From: Candidatus Latescibacterota bacterium
Lineage (GTDB): Bacteria; Latescibacterota; UBA2968
Assembly: GCA_965222605.1 (NCBI GenBank)
Contig: OZ244960.1
Coordinates: forward strand, 4,160,001 to 4,224,000
DNA: 64,000 nucleotides
Direction: 5' to 3'
Under the pieces are notes generated by a model that did no database searches, was not told the origin of the DNA, and saw only the letters and a list, made by a program, of their open reading frames with translations. Numbering within the stretch: the stretch's first letter is position 1; each line of letters opens with the position of its first letter. A program made the translations under genes and the position numbers. This document shows positions 9,992 to 20,371 of the stretch, piece by piece.

Positions 9992-10075
9992 GAAGCTAAT
10001 CAAGAGATATTGTGAAATGTTGTGGATGGGTATTCGATATGCAATGAACAGTTGATGTGTAATTCGGAGCCTCTC

Positions 10076-12100
10076 ATGCGCGTCATGATTTCGTTTCTCA
10101 TCCTGCTGACACCTCTATCGGCGCACAGTCGCCCGGTTGTCGCGGTCTTGCCTTTTGAAGAAGCCAATACCGATTGGCTCTCGCAGGGCATGGCCTGGAG
10201 TTTATCGGACAAGTTCCGCCGCGTGTCGGCCTTGCAAATGGTTGATCCCGACCGGCTGAATGCGGCTCTGTCCGAACGCCAAACGCCCGTGCAAATCGGT
10301 CGGTCAGCAGGTGCAACACTGATCCTGTACGGCACCTGTCGGTTGCAGAAAAACCAGCTCCAAATCTCCGCGCACATTTTGCGGGTGGAAACGGATGAAA
10401 TTTTGGAATTGGAAGAAGTATCCGGTCCTCTCGAATCCCTATTCGCCCTCCAGGACAGCGTGATTCGCCGTTTCCTCGACCGCGCTGGCCTCAGCCCCAC
10501 CGCCATCGAATGGCAGGCAATTCTTCGCAGACCCACTCATTCGGTTCGGGCATATATCCATTGGGTGCGCGCTCGGACGATCCTGACTGGGAATGCCGAA
10601 AATCCCGATGTGGTGCGCGAGCACCTCGCCCGTGCCCTTGCCGAGGATGCCGATTATGCCGATGCCCACAGCCATCAGGGGCTGCTCTATATCGCGCAAC
10701 GCCGGTTTCGGGAAGCTCTCGGCTCTCTGCAAACCGCTGTCCGCCTCAAACCCGATGATCCACTGACCCGCTATAATCTGGGCGTGACCTATGCCAGTTT
10801 GGGACAGACCGATAGCGCTACTATTGCGTTCCAGGATGCGATCCGCCTCAAGCCCGATGATCCCATTACCCACTATAATCTGGGTATTCTACACCATCTT
10901 CAGGGCAATTACGAGGCTGCTATCTCGCCTTTGCAGACCGCTGTCCGCCTCAAACCCGATTTCGCGGTCGCCTATCTGACCCTGGGCATTGCCCTTGCCA
11001 ATACGCGATCCCACACCCGCGCAGAACACGCGCTGAAAGAGGCTATTCGCCTATTTCCCGAAAATGCCGATGCGCACTACAATCTGGGCGTTGTCTATAT
11101 GGAAATGGGGCACCACGACCAGGCGATCGAAGTTTTAGAGCGAGCTATCTCGCACAATCCCGAGCATGCCGATGCCCACTTTAATCTGGGCCGAGCTTAT
11201 GAAGGACTGGACCGCTATGATGAAGCGGTCGTTGCCTTCAAAAAGGCTGCTCAATTCAACCCCGATTATGCCGACTTGCACTTTAATCTGGGCATTGCCC
11301 ACACCGAGGCCGGGCGTTTTGAGGAAGCAATCCGCACCCTTCACACTGCCCGACGGATCTATCCGCAAGATCCGCTCATCTATCACAATATGGGCATTGC
11401 CTATCGAAATGCCGCGCGTTTTGAAGAGGCGGAAAATGCTTTTCGAGAAGCGCTTCGCCTCAATCCCCATCTGGCTGATATTCACCTGTCTCTGGGCAGC
11501 CTGCAACTGGATATGGGACGCTATGAACAGGCTCTATCAGCCATTCGGGAGGCCGTTCGTCTGACGCCCAAAAATGCCGATGCTCACCGCTATTCAGGCG
11601 AAGCTCTGGCTTATTTGAAACAGTATCCGGACGCTATTCAGGCCTTCCGAAAAGCTATTGAACTCAAACGCGACGATGGAGACGCACATCTCGGTCTGGG
11701 CATGATCTATTTGCATACGGGGCAAAAAACCGCGGCTGCATCTGCTCTCAAAACGGGTCTTCGGCTCAGTTCCGGACACCCCGATTCTCTCGCCATTGTC
11801 CACGAAATCGCGCGGTTGCAGAAGCAGCCTGAACAGGTGAGTACCTATCTGAACCGCGCCCGCGCTTTTGAGGATGCCGGGCTTTTGGACGAAGCGATTG
11901 ATACCTACCGCAAAGCCGCCAGTCTCAGTCCCGAAAATGCCGATATTCAGCACGCCCTCGGCCTGGCCTGCCTGCGGGCGAATCGCCCGGAAGACGCGCT
12001 GCCCGCTCTTCGGAAGGTTCTCAGACTTCGTCCGGATCATCCCGATGCAAGTCTCATCCGGGATTTTATCCGCCGCATGGAAGAGGACCAACGGCCATGA
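10076..12100 (+). CDS. TolB-N/CsgG-like N-domain + long TPR array, secreted
   Basis: Signal peptide MRVMISF; 'VAVLPFE...WLSQGMA..L'; many 'AHYNLG' TPRs. Confidence 0.8.
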   Translation: MRVMISFLILLTPLSAHSRPVVAVLPFEEANTDWLSQGMAWSLSDKFRRVSALQMVDPDRLNAALSERQTPVQIGRSAGATLILYGTCRLQKNQLQISAHILRVETDEILELEEVSGPLESLFALQDSVIRRFLDRAGLSPTAIEWQAILRRPTHSVRAYIHWVRARTILTGNAENPDVVREHLARALAEDADYADAHSHQGLLYIAQRRFREALGSLQTAVRLKPDDPLTRYNLGVTYASLGQTDSATIAFQDAIRLKPDDPITHYNLGILHHLQGNYEAAISPLQTAVRLKPDFAVAYLTLGIALANTRSHTRAEHALKEAIRLFPENADAHYNLGVVYMEMGHHDQAIEVLERAISHNPEHADAHFNLGRAYEGLDRYDEAVVAFKKAAQFNPDYADLHFNLGIAHTEAGRFEEAIRTLHTARRIYPQDPLIYHNMGIAYRNAARFEEAENAFREALRLNPHLADIHLSLGSLQLDMGRYEQALSAIREAVRLTPKNADAHRYSGEALAYLKQYPDAIQAFRKAIELKRDDGDAHLGLGMIYLHTGQKTAAASALKTGLRLSSGHPDSLAIVHEIARLQKQPEQVSTYLNRARAFEDAGLLDEAIDTYRKAASLSPENADIQHALGLACLRANRPEDALPALRKVLRLRPDHPDASLIRDFIRRMEEDQRP

Positions 12101-13707
12101 ATCGCATCGCGTTGTTCCTGATCCTGATTTGCGCGCCCCATTATGTTGCTGCCGATGCTATCCGTTTTACCGAAATGGCAGAGAAGGCGGGCATCCATTT
12201 TGTCCACAGTACCGGGGCTAAGGATGGCTGGCACTATATTGAGACGATGGGTTCTGGCTGTGCCCTCTTCGACGCGGATGGCGATGGGGATCTGGATCTC
12301 TATCTGGTCAATGGCGCCAATCTGCCCGGGCAGCCGGTCCAGGGTAACAATGCTCTGTATCGCAACGATACGGATAAAACGATTCGCCTGACCGATATTA
12401 CCAAATCTTCGGGTGCGCTCGGGCGGGGCTATGGCATGGGCTGCACTGTGGGCGACGCGGACAATGATGGCGATCTGGACCTCTACGTGACCGGCTATCC
12501 CGAAAATATTCTGTATGTGAACAATGGCGATGCCACCTTCAAAGACGCTTCCCGGCAGGCCAATGTGGCCGCAAGCGGATGGAGCGCGGGGGCGGCTTTC
12601 TTCGATTTTGAAGCCGATGGCGATCTGGACCTCTATGTCGTGCGCTATCTCACCTACGATCCCGTCCGCGAGCCGGTCTGTGAACGCAGCGGCGTGCGGA
12701 CCTATTGCGCTCCGTACCGGTTTCGGGGTGCCCCCGATCTGCTCTACCAGAACAGCGGAAACGGCGCATTTGAAGATATTTCTCGGCAGGCTGGAATCGC
12801 CGATCCCCGGGGCAAGGGCCTGGGCGTGCTCACCCTGGATTATGACCAGGATGGCGATACCGATCTCTATATCGCCAATGATACGACGCCCAATTTTCTC
12901 TACCGGAATGATGGCGAGCGCTTTACTGAAGTCGGCCTCGAAGCGGGCACGAGCTTAAGTGCTTCGGGCCGTCCGCAGGCCGGCATGGGCGTGGATGCTG
13001 GCGATGTGGATGGCGATGGGCACACCGATCTCATTGTTACCAATTTTTCTTATGAGTCAAATGCCTTTTATCACCATACAGAACAGGGTATTTTTGCCGA
13101 GTCCAGTGCCCGTCTGGGGCTGGTGGGACCAAGTACTCTTCCCCTGGGCTTTGGTACGCATCTTTTCGACGCAGATAGCGATGGCGATCTGGACCTTTTT
13201 GTCGCCAATGGTCATATTTTTCCCAATGTCTCGGATTTTTCTTCTGCCGAGTCCTATCCTCAGACCGATCAGTTTTTTTGCAATACCGCAGGCGTTTTTG
13301 AAGACGTTTCCGAATCGGCGGGATTCGCATCGCCCGCTGTCAGCCGGGGTTCGGCTCTGGGCGATATAGATACCGACGGTGATCTGGACCTTGTTGTAAT
13401 CGTCGCCGATGCCCGTCCACATCTCTATAGAAATGACACCCCGCCTGTCCATCCATGGGTTATTGTCCAGATAGAAAGCGCGAATCGCAGTGCGATTGGT
13501 GCTCGCGTCACCTTGACCGCAGGTGGTCGTGCCCAATCTCGAGAGGTGCGGAGTCAATCCGGGTATCTCTCCTCGGGAGATCCGCGTCTCCACTTCGGTT
13601 TGGGCGATGCCGAACAGATTGACCGCCTCGACATCTGGTGGCCCTCTGGACGCACCCAAACCCTTCTCGATCTCTCTCCGAACCGGGTTCTGGTCATTGA
13701 GGAATAG
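12097..13707 (+). CDS. CRTAC1-family FG-GAP/VCBS repeat protein with ASPIC/UnbV C-terminus
   Basis: Repeated D.D.DGDLDL motifs; C-terminal 'AIGARV...SGYLSSGDPRLHFGLG...WPSG'. Confidence 0.9.
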   Translation: MNRIALFLILICAPHYVAADAIRFTEMAEKAGIHFVHSTGAKDGWHYIETMGSGCALFDADGDGDLDLYLVNGANLPGQPVQGNNALYRNDTDKTIRLTDITKSSGALGRGYGMGCTVGDADNDGDLDLYVTGYPENILYVNNGDATFKDASRQANVAASGWSAGAAFFDFEADGDLDLYVVRYLTYDPVREPVCERSGVRTYCAPYRFRGAPDLLYQNSGNGAFEDISRQAGIADPRGKGLGVLTLDYDQDGDTDLYIANDTTPNFLYRNDGERFTEVGLEAGTSLSASGRPQAGMGVDAGDVDGDGHTDLIVTNFSYESNAFYHHTEQGIFAESSARLGLVGPSTLPLGFGTHLFDADSDGDLDLFVANGHIFPNVSDFSSAESYPQTDQFFCNTAGVFEDVSESAGFASPAVSRGSALGDIDTDGDLDLVVIVADARPHLYRNDTPPVHPWVIVQIESANRSAIGARVTLTAGGRAQSREVRSQSGYLSSGDPRLHFGLGDAEQIDRLDIWWPSGRTQTLLDLSPNRVLVIEE

Positions 13708-13709
13708 GC

Positions 13710-15677
13710 TTACCACCCGTGTACAAAGTGTCCACTTCCAGGAAACCAGATCGCATCTACGACACTCGACGCCCCCACGCCCAACAGGTACCCTACCACA
13801 ATCCCATACGAAAATGGCAGCGACCGCCGGTAAAGTCCTACTCCCCCAAACTTGAGCACCAGTGACTTGGCCAGCCATACCACAAAAATGGCAAACCCGT
13901 ACGTATGACTCGGGAAGGCCAGTCCCACCGGGTGAATCGGCCAGGAAGCGAACTGGGCATTCAGAAATGTCAGCAGGCCTGCTTCTCCGATTCCGAACAG
14001 CCAGACCAGCAGTTTCTGAAAATCAAAATACGTGGGTTCCGTCCCCTCAATTATGCCTACCTGCCCCAGCATCACCGTCCAATCGTACATATAGGCCGCG
14101 TTTAGACCGCCCTCTGTATAACACAAATAAAGCTGGGCACCGCAGGCTATGGCATAGGCTCCGAGCAGAGAGATGGGCAAAGCCCATACCACCAGAAAAC
14201 GCCGCTTCAGGGCTTGTTGCAATAGCCGAAAAAAATGTGGAATGGCCGGAATCGACAACATCCGCCCCGAATGCGCGGCCAATCCACCGCGGTTTACCAC
14301 CATTATCCCCGTCAGGTCGGAGGGGAAAAAATTGGCTGTCCCCAGAAGCGTTTTCAGTATCGGTCCACCTTTCTGCCCCTGGGGAGATAGAAATACAAAC
14401 CCCGTAGCTGCCGCGTATTTGGTTACGCCAAAGTAGATCACGAAAAATAGTGAAAGCTGTAGCAAAGCCACAGCAGGTTGCATATCCAGAGATATCATCC
14501 AGCCTATGAGAAAGGCAAATGCCGCGCTGAATCCCAGCCAGGCCGTGCGGTAGGTCACGGGCGTTCCATCGTCTTTGCTCCGCTCGTTTGATAATGCTTT
14601 TTGCAGGGTTTCTTTCAGATGTTCCCTGGCCACCCAGACCGACCAGACCACGAGAAATACCAGTGCTCCGTGCGCCTCCAGCATCCGTATTTCTCCCGAG
14701 GTTGCCGCCTGCCCCTGCATGCCCACTGTAAATCCCGTTCGGTCCATCAGTGCTTGTTTAAAAATATTGAGCACAAAAAAGGTCCACACGCTCAGGAGGA
14801 TATTTAGCGGACACAGGTAGGCCAGTCCCATCAAAAGGGGCTGAACCCTCAGATATAAGGTCGGAAAATCGCGCCCGATGTGCACGGCTTTGGTCAAATA
14901 GTGATCGTAGATTCCAATGCGCGGAATTGTCAGAATAAAATATCCGGCAATATTCCAGAAAATCACACCGGCTGTACACGCAAAACCCATCCAGAAAACG
15001 GGCGTTCGAAACACGACAGGCAATCGGTGTGAGGGTTCTTCCCGAAGCAGTTCCAGGGGCATTGTCGCCAGGGGAAATGTCAGCCGTTCTCGTTCTACCC
15101 ACTGTTTGTAAAACAACACACTGGCAAAAAAGCTGGCCATCACCAGTGCCGCAGTTCCGGCAAACCACCAGAACAGCGGGGTTAGCCAGTTGCGCCATGG
15201 AATAGATTCCTCTGATCCCAACCCCACGTATAGCTTTTCTACCACCATATCTCCCGGTTCAAAAAACAGCCAATGGGGCATATAGGCCCCCACCACCTCC
15301 CAGAATCGGTTTTCCGGTGAAGAAAAAGCGGATGGTGCTGAAATATCCGTAATCAAGTACCCGGCCCAGCCCACTGCCGGTGCGGTACCCACCATCCAGA
15401 CCATTCCAAAAATCACCATTACCTCTGTACGCGACAGGGCAAAGCGAGGCAGAATTAGCTTTAAAACTGTGTTGATCCCCACCCACAACACCAGTGGCAG
15501 CAACGCGGTAACGGGCACGAAGCTTTTCATTAAATTTCGCCCGAAGTAGGTTGCGTACAAACACATACCCGCAATCGTGATCAGCCCCAGTACAAAAGCC
15601 CGAATTGTGAGCGATTCAGATGCTGTTGATGCTTTTCTTTCAGGTTCCAGTGCCGAAGCCATGTTTGCAAACCCCAT
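13710..15677 (-). CDS. large polytopic membrane protein, putative transporter (DUF6785/DUF6784-like)
   Basis: Many TM segments; 'KQWVERERLTFPL', 'WPIHPVG', 'LKFGGVGLYRR' motifs. Confidence 0.65.
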   Translation of the reverse strand: MGFANMASALEPERKASTASESLTIRAFVLGLITIAGMCLYATYFGRNLMKSFVPVTALLPLVLWVGINTVLKLILPRFALSRTEVMVIFGMVWMVGTAPAVGWAGYLITDISAPSAFSSPENRFWEVVGAYMPHWLFFEPGDMVVEKLYVGLGSEESIPWRNWLTPLFWWFAGTAALVMASFFASVLFYKQWVERERLTFPLATMPLELLREEPSHRLPVVFRTPVFWMGFACTAGVIFWNIAGYFILTIPRIGIYDHYLTKAVHIGRDFPTLYLRVQPLLMGLAYLCPLNILLSVWTFFVLNIFKQALMDRTGFTVGMQGQAATSGEIRMLEAHGALVFLVVWSVWVAREHLKETLQKALSNERSKDDGTPVTYRTAWLGFSAAFAFLIGWMISLDMQPAVALLQLSLFFVIYFGVTKYAAATGFVFLSPQGQKGGPILKTLLGTANFFPSDLTGIMVVNRGGLAAHSGRMLSIPAIPHFFRLLQQALKRRFLVVWALPISLLGAYAIACGAQLYLCYTEGGLNAAYMYDWTVMLGQVGIIEGTEPTYFDFQKLLVWLFGIGEAGLLTFLNAQFASWPIHPVGLAFPSHTYGFAIFVVWLAKSLVLKFGGVGLYRRSLPFSYGIVVGYLLGVGASSVVDAIWFPGSGHFVHGW

Positions 15678-15680
15678 CTC

Positions 15681-18053
15681 TCAGGGCATGGGTTCTGTAA
15701 TATTCACTATTTGTCCTGCGGATAGGTTCTCTACGACCTGCACGGTTCCGCTCGGCCAGACCACTTCCAGCCGCGTTGCGCGGTCGGCATCTCTCAGTCC
15801 AAAATGGATGGCATAGGGATCGGTTGACCCGAATCCGACGCTTCCCGGCACTTCTCGGAACAGGGTGCGGTTTCCCACTGTCAGGCGCAATTTCGCTCCC
15901 ACGCCGGAACGGTTACTTTGACGCCCTTGAAGTGTGATCTGTAGCCAGCGATTCTGATTTCCCGACTCGTTGCGATAAAGTGCATTTTCGAACAAGTCTC
16001 CGTGGTACCATCCCCCTTGCGGTGCATACACATCGAGGTCGCCGTCCTGGTCATAATCGGCAAATGTGATGCCGTGTCCCTTGCCCAGGTGTCCCATCCC
16101 CGCGTATTCAGTTAGATCGGTGAATGTCCCGTTCCCGTTATTGCGATAAAATCGGTTTGGCTCCAGCCGTCCCAGGTCCGGATCACCCGTCCCGAAGTAC
16201 ACGTCCAGGTACCCGTCGTTATCTATATCTCCCACATTGCCGCCCATCACGCCGTGGGCGTAGATGAATCCCGCCTCGTAGGATACATCTGTAAAGCGCC
16301 ACCCTTCGGTCGGTCCCTCGTTTCGGTACAGTTTAGGCGTTGGATAGGCCGGGTCAGTGGGTGCGGTATAGCCGACCAATTGTCCTTCTAAGCTTTCCTG
16401 AAACCCGGCCAGACAGGTGGTCAATATGTCCAGGTCGCCATCATTATCGTAGTCGAAGAAAAACGATACATAGCCCCGAAGGGTGCCGCTTCCGGCGACA
16501 TTGGAAGCCTGTGTCACATCGACAAAAGTGCCGTCTCCGCGATTTCGATACAGCGCATTGGGCGTCTCAAAACCGGTTACAAAGAGGTCCAGGTCGCCGT
16601 CCAGGTCGCAATCGCCGAAGGCTGCGCCTACTGTACCCAGAGTAAATCGCAGGCCCGCTTCATCTGTGGTTTCGACAAAGTTTCCATTGTTGCGGTAGTG
16701 TGCGTTTGAGGAGCCGTCTCCGGCAATGCCATTTGCAATAAATAAATCCAGGTCGCCATCGTTATCCGTATCACCCCACAGGGAAACAAATCCCGACCCT
16801 CCGTCATTTGTGCCCGAAGCTGCGGATACATCGGTAAATTGACCCCCGTCATTGCGGTAGAGCGCATTTGGCCCGGGTCCGGACCATCCGCTACGAGCGA
16901 TGTAGAGATCCAGGTCGCCATCGTTGTCGTAATCCACAAGGTTTCCCGAAAATCCCGAATCCACGTCTTTTAGTCCGATCTCGCTGCTGATATCCACAAA
17001 TCGCGTTCCGTCGTTGCGGTAAAACGCCAGGTACGTATCGCATCCCTGCGCCAGCAAATCCAGGTCGCCATCGCCGTCGATATCTCCCCAGGCACTCGGC
17101 CCGGCTCCATCCAATTTGGCTACGCCCAGGTCGCGAGCCACATCTGTAAAGCGCACGGGAAGCGGTTTATCCACAGATTCGGGTCGCTGGTCGAAGCGAT
17201 AATAAGACCACAACCACCAGGGATAACCGCCGAGTTTGTCATAGGCTTGTTTCAAATTCCATTGGGTGCGCAAAAACCATTCATCTGTTTCCGGCAGGGC
17301 ACGCAGCAGATTTAAGAATGTCTCGGTCGCTTTGCGGTAATGTCCCGCGCGGTAATACGCTACCCCCAGCCGATCGGGTACGCGGAGGTCCAGGCGGTCC
17401 TTTTGCATCTGCATCGCCACTTTCAGGCGTTCAATTGCCGCCTCGTAATCTCCCATTCTCAGGAGGGCCAGGCCGGCCAGATAGCGCGCTTCTGAATCGT
17501 TCACGGCGTTATCGGACAGTTTCTCTGCGTGATGAAACGCGCGTTCCAACAAGATGCGGGAATCGTTCAAGGGCATGATCTGTCCACTGCTTCCCATCTT
17601 CTGATTTTCAAACCAGATGGTTTCTCCACCGAGCAGCCAGGTGACGTATTCTTTTCGCACATCCAGCATCAGGGGTTGTCCCGCAAGAGCCGCTTCAAAT
17701 TGCGCTGCTGCGCGGGCGGGTTCCCGCTGTGATCGGTAAAGCCGCGCAAGCCATATTCGCGCCTCAACTGCATCCGGATTGCGGGCTACTGCTTGCTCAA
17801 ACGCTGTCATCGCTTCGGGGTGGTCTTGAATTGCCAGCACTTTGCCCAGGTGCAAATAGGCCGCGCTTTGCGTTGAATCAATTTGAATACATCGGCGGAA
17901 CTCGGCTTCAGCCGCTTCGTACTGTGCTCGCCGGATTCCCTCTATTCCCTGCTGAAGATGCGTGGCATAATCTATCCGCATACCCGGCGAAGACTCCCTT
18001 TGCTCACCACATCCGATAGCTAGCACAATCAGCATCAAAAGAATCACTATCAT
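15681..18053 (-). CDS. lipoprotein with TPRs + FG-GAP repeats + ASPIC/UnbV domain
   Basis: Lipobox LAIGC; TPR N-half; DxDxDGDLD repeats; SNRSGVGAK...HFGL...WPSG. Confidence 0.85.
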   Translation of the reverse strand: MIVILLMLIVLAIGCGEQRESSPGMRIDYATHLQQGIEGIRRAQYEAAEAEFRRCIQIDSTQSAAYLHLGKVLAIQDHPEAMTAFEQAVARNPDAVEARIWLARLYRSQREPARAAAQFEAALAGQPLMLDVRKEYVTWLLGGETIWFENQKMGSSGQIMPLNDSRILLERAFHHAEKLSDNAVNDSEARYLAGLALLRMGDYEAAIERLKVAMQMQKDRLDLRVPDRLGVAYYRAGHYRKATETFLNLLRALPETDEWFLRTQWNLKQAYDKLGGYPWWLWSYYRFDQRPESVDKPLPVRFTDVARDLGVAKLDGAGPSAWGDIDGDGDLDLLAQGCDTYLAFYRNDGTRFVDISSEIGLKDVDSGFSGNLVDYDNDGDLDLYIARSGWSGPGPNALYRNDGGQFTDVSAASGTNDGGSGFVSLWGDTDNDGDLDLFIANGIAGDGSSNAHYRNNGNFVETTDEAGLRFTLGTVGAAFGDCDLDGDLDLFVTGFETPNALYRNRGDGTFVDVTQASNVAGSGTLRGYVSFFFDYDNDGDLDILTTCLAGFQESLEGQLVGYTAPTDPAYPTPKLYRNEGPTEGWRFTDVSYEAGFIYAHGVMGGNVGDIDNDGYLDVYFGTGDPDLGRLEPNRFYRNNGNGTFTDLTEYAGMGHLGKGHGITFADYDQDGDLDVYAPQGGWYHGDLFENALYRNESGNQNRWLQITLQGRQSNRSGVGAKLRLTVGNRTLFREVPGSVGFGSTDPYAIHFGLRDADRATRLEVVWPSGTVQVVENLSAGQIVNITEPMP

Positions 18054-18054
18054 C

Positions 18055-18717
18055 TCAGACCACCCGTCCATCTACGAGTTTCATCTGCCGACCTGCTCGA
18101 TTTGCCAGATCCCGGTTGTGCGTGGATAGCACGATCGTCAATCCCTCGGTCTGGTTCATATCCCGCAACAATGTCAAAATCTCATTCCCTCGTTTTGAAT
18201 CCAGGTTGCCAGTCGGTTCATCTGCCAGCAAAATTTTCGGGTCGTTCACGAGTGCCCGAGCAATAGCCACCCGTTGCTGCTCGCCACCCGATAGTTCGCG
18301 GGGCAGGTGATCTGAGCGGTTTTGCAAACCCACGCGTGTCAGCAAATTTCTTACCCGGTCGCGTTGGTGCAGTGCGCGGGAAAAGAGGAGGGGGAGTGCT
18401 ACATTTTCTTCAGCCGTCAATGTGGGCACCAGGCAATAATCCTGAAATACGAATCCCACATATTGCCGACGAATGGTTTCCAGGTCTCTGTCGTGCAAAG
18501 TGCTCACATCTCGATCCAGCAATTTCAAAAGGCCCGATGTGGGCCGGTCCAGACAACCCAGAAGGTTCAAAAGCGTTGTCTTTCCCGCGCCCGATGCGCC
18601 AGTGATCGCCACAAATTCGCCCGGTTCTACGACCAGATCTACGTCGAATATCGCCGCGATTTCCTCGATAGAACGGCGATATATGCGGGTGAGTCCCTGT
18701 GCAAAAATAGCCGCCAT
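18055..18717 (-). CDS. ABC transporter ATP-binding protein (LolD/MacB type)
   Basis: GASGAGKT, LSGGEQQRVAIARAL, LLADEPTGNLD. Confidence 0.92.
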   Translation of the reverse strand: MAAIFAQGLTRIYRRSIEEIAAIFDVDLVVEPGEFVAITGASGAGKTTLLNLLGCLDRPTSGLLKLLDRDVSTLHDRDLETIRRQYVGFVFQDYCLVPTLTAEENVALPLLFSRALHQRDRVRNLLTRVGLQNRSDHLPRELSGGEQQRVAIARALVNDPKILLADEPTGNLDSKRGNEILTLLRDMNQTEGLTIVLSTHNRDLANRAGRQMKLVDGRVV

Positions 18718-18719
18718 CG

Positions 18720-19889
18720 TCAGCGCATCCACGCAATGGGATGCAGGCGGGAAGCCCGCCATCCCGGTATGGCTCCAGCCAGTATGCCCATGCCCAATGC
18801 CATCACAAGCCCGCCGATTAGCAGGATTCCATCAATTTGTACCAGTATCCCCGCAGGTGCAAATGGGAGAATTGCACGCACGGCTTCGGAAGCCAGTTGG
18901 CTGCCCAGAATCGCGATTCCGCCACCTGCGATGCCACCGAGAGCGCAGATCATCAGCGCCTCTGCACAGATCAATGCAAATATATCCCACTGAGATGCCC
19001 CGACTGCCCGCATCACGCCGATCTCTCGCGTGCGCTCAAAGACCGCAATCAGCATCGTATTCATCACGCCGAGTACTGCTATGGCCACGGCTACAATCGC
19101 GACTGTTCCGATGAAAAATCGCGCCGTGCCCAGGAGGTCGAGAAGGGTTCGCTGTACCTGCGCCATGGTAATAACCTGCACCGAGGGCATTTCGAATACC
19201 CGTTCTGAAAATCCGTCTATTCTGGACAGGTCTTTTAATTTTACGCCGATGCCCGTCAGTTTTTCTTTTTTATCGAACAGGCGCTGTGCAACGCCAAGCG
19301 GGACAAAAATGGTGCCGTCATCTTGCGTTCCGCTGCGGTCAAAAACCCCGCGCACTCGGAACGTTTGTCCCAGTCCCTTGAGCGGAAAATCATCCCCGAT
19401 ATTTTTTCGATAATACGCCGCTACGCCGTATCCCAAAATCACCTCATCGGTTGTCCCATCTTTGAACCATCCGCCCCGCTGGAAGGTCAACCAGGGCTTC
19501 ATCTCCAGAAAGCTGGCCTCTATTCCCATCATCAGAGAAAATCCTTCTCGATCTCCAGAAAGCGTTCCCAAAAACAACCGCGTCGCTGTCGCCACATCGG
19601 TATCTCGAAGAATCTCCCGGTGGATGGCTTCATCCATGTACATTGGAATTACCCCGCCTTGCATCAACAGGGTAGCCGCTTCATAGGGGCATCCTTTCGA
19701 GGTGACCAGTACGTGATAACCCAGGCGGTCAATGCTGCGGATCAGGGATGTGCGGTATCCGTTTCCCAGGCCCAGCAGGCTGACCAGCATACACACGGAT
19801 AGGGCCACCCCGCTTACTGTTAGCGCGCTTCGCGTGCGGTGCCGGCGCAGTTCTTTCAGGGCGACATTTATAAATTGAAAAAGGACCAA
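18720..19889 (-). CDS. ABC transporter permease (FtsX/MacB type)
   Basis: N-terminal TM, periplasmic domain, 'NTMLIAVFERTREIGVMRAVGA', three C-terminal TMs. Confidence 0.9.
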   Translation of the reverse strand: MVLFQFINVALKELRRHRTRSALTVSGVALSVCMLVSLLGLGNGYRTSLIRSIDRLGYHVLVTSKGCPYEAATLLMQGGVIPMYMDEAIHREILRDTDVATATRLFLGTLSGDREGFSLMMGIEASFLEMKPWLTFQRGGWFKDGTTDEVILGYGVAAYYRKNIGDDFPLKGLGQTFRVRGVFDRSGTQDDGTIFVPLGVAQRLFDKKEKLTGIGVKLKDLSRIDGFSERVFEMPSVQVITMAQVQRTLLDLLGTARFFIGTVAIVAVAIAVLGVMNTMLIAVFERTREIGVMRAVGASQWDIFALICAEALMICALGGIAGGGIAILGSQLASEAVRAILPFAPAGILVQIDGILLIGGLVMALGMGILAGAIPGWRASRLHPIAWMR

Positions 19890-20263
19890 ACCTTTGCCCT
19901 CTTGCGATGGATTTCCACGCCTTTTCCCATCAGGCGCAGATCGTCTCCGATGCGTTTTACGACCCCCACTACGCGCAGGGAATCGCCAGAAATATTGCGG
20001 GGAACGGCAATGGTTCTCCCTTGCTCCAGGTCAATCAGTATATGCCGCGTGCTGTCTTGTAGTACAAACCAGCATCCCATGTGCTGGCACACCTGTCCCA
20101 CGCGGCCTGATAGCACCACTCGCTGTTCCAAAAATGCCGCTGGCCGATCCAGTACTTCTTCAATTCGGACCGCGCGATTTGCAGGTACGACTTCGCCCAT
20201 TTGCTGCACTTTTCCAGAATCGCATCCGATCATCAGGACCAGTACTATGAGATACAGCCGCAT
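19868..20263 (-). CDS. small lipoprotein (DUF4920-like/OB-fold)
   Basis: Lipobox MIGC; 'GRVGQVCQHMGCWF' motif. Confidence 0.6.
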   Translation of the reverse strand: MRLYLIVLVLMIGCDSGKVQQMGEVVPANRAVRIEEVLDRPAAFLEQRVVLSGRVGQVCQHMGCWFVLQDSTRHILIDLEQGRTIAVPRNISGDSLRVVGVVKRIGDDLRLMGKGVEIHRKRAKVWSFFNL

Positions 20264-20371
20264 CTATATATCCTCAGTTTTTGCGTGACGCCTGCCATAA
20301 GAGATGATATTTTGTTTGTGGGATAAAATCAAGGGATTCTCCTATCCGCCTTTTCTGCCGGGAATATGCCC

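Noticed and set aside
10700-11600. Nucleotide-level repeats in TPR and FG-GAP genes
   Set aside because: They are explained by protein repeat motifs and are not independent DNA elements.
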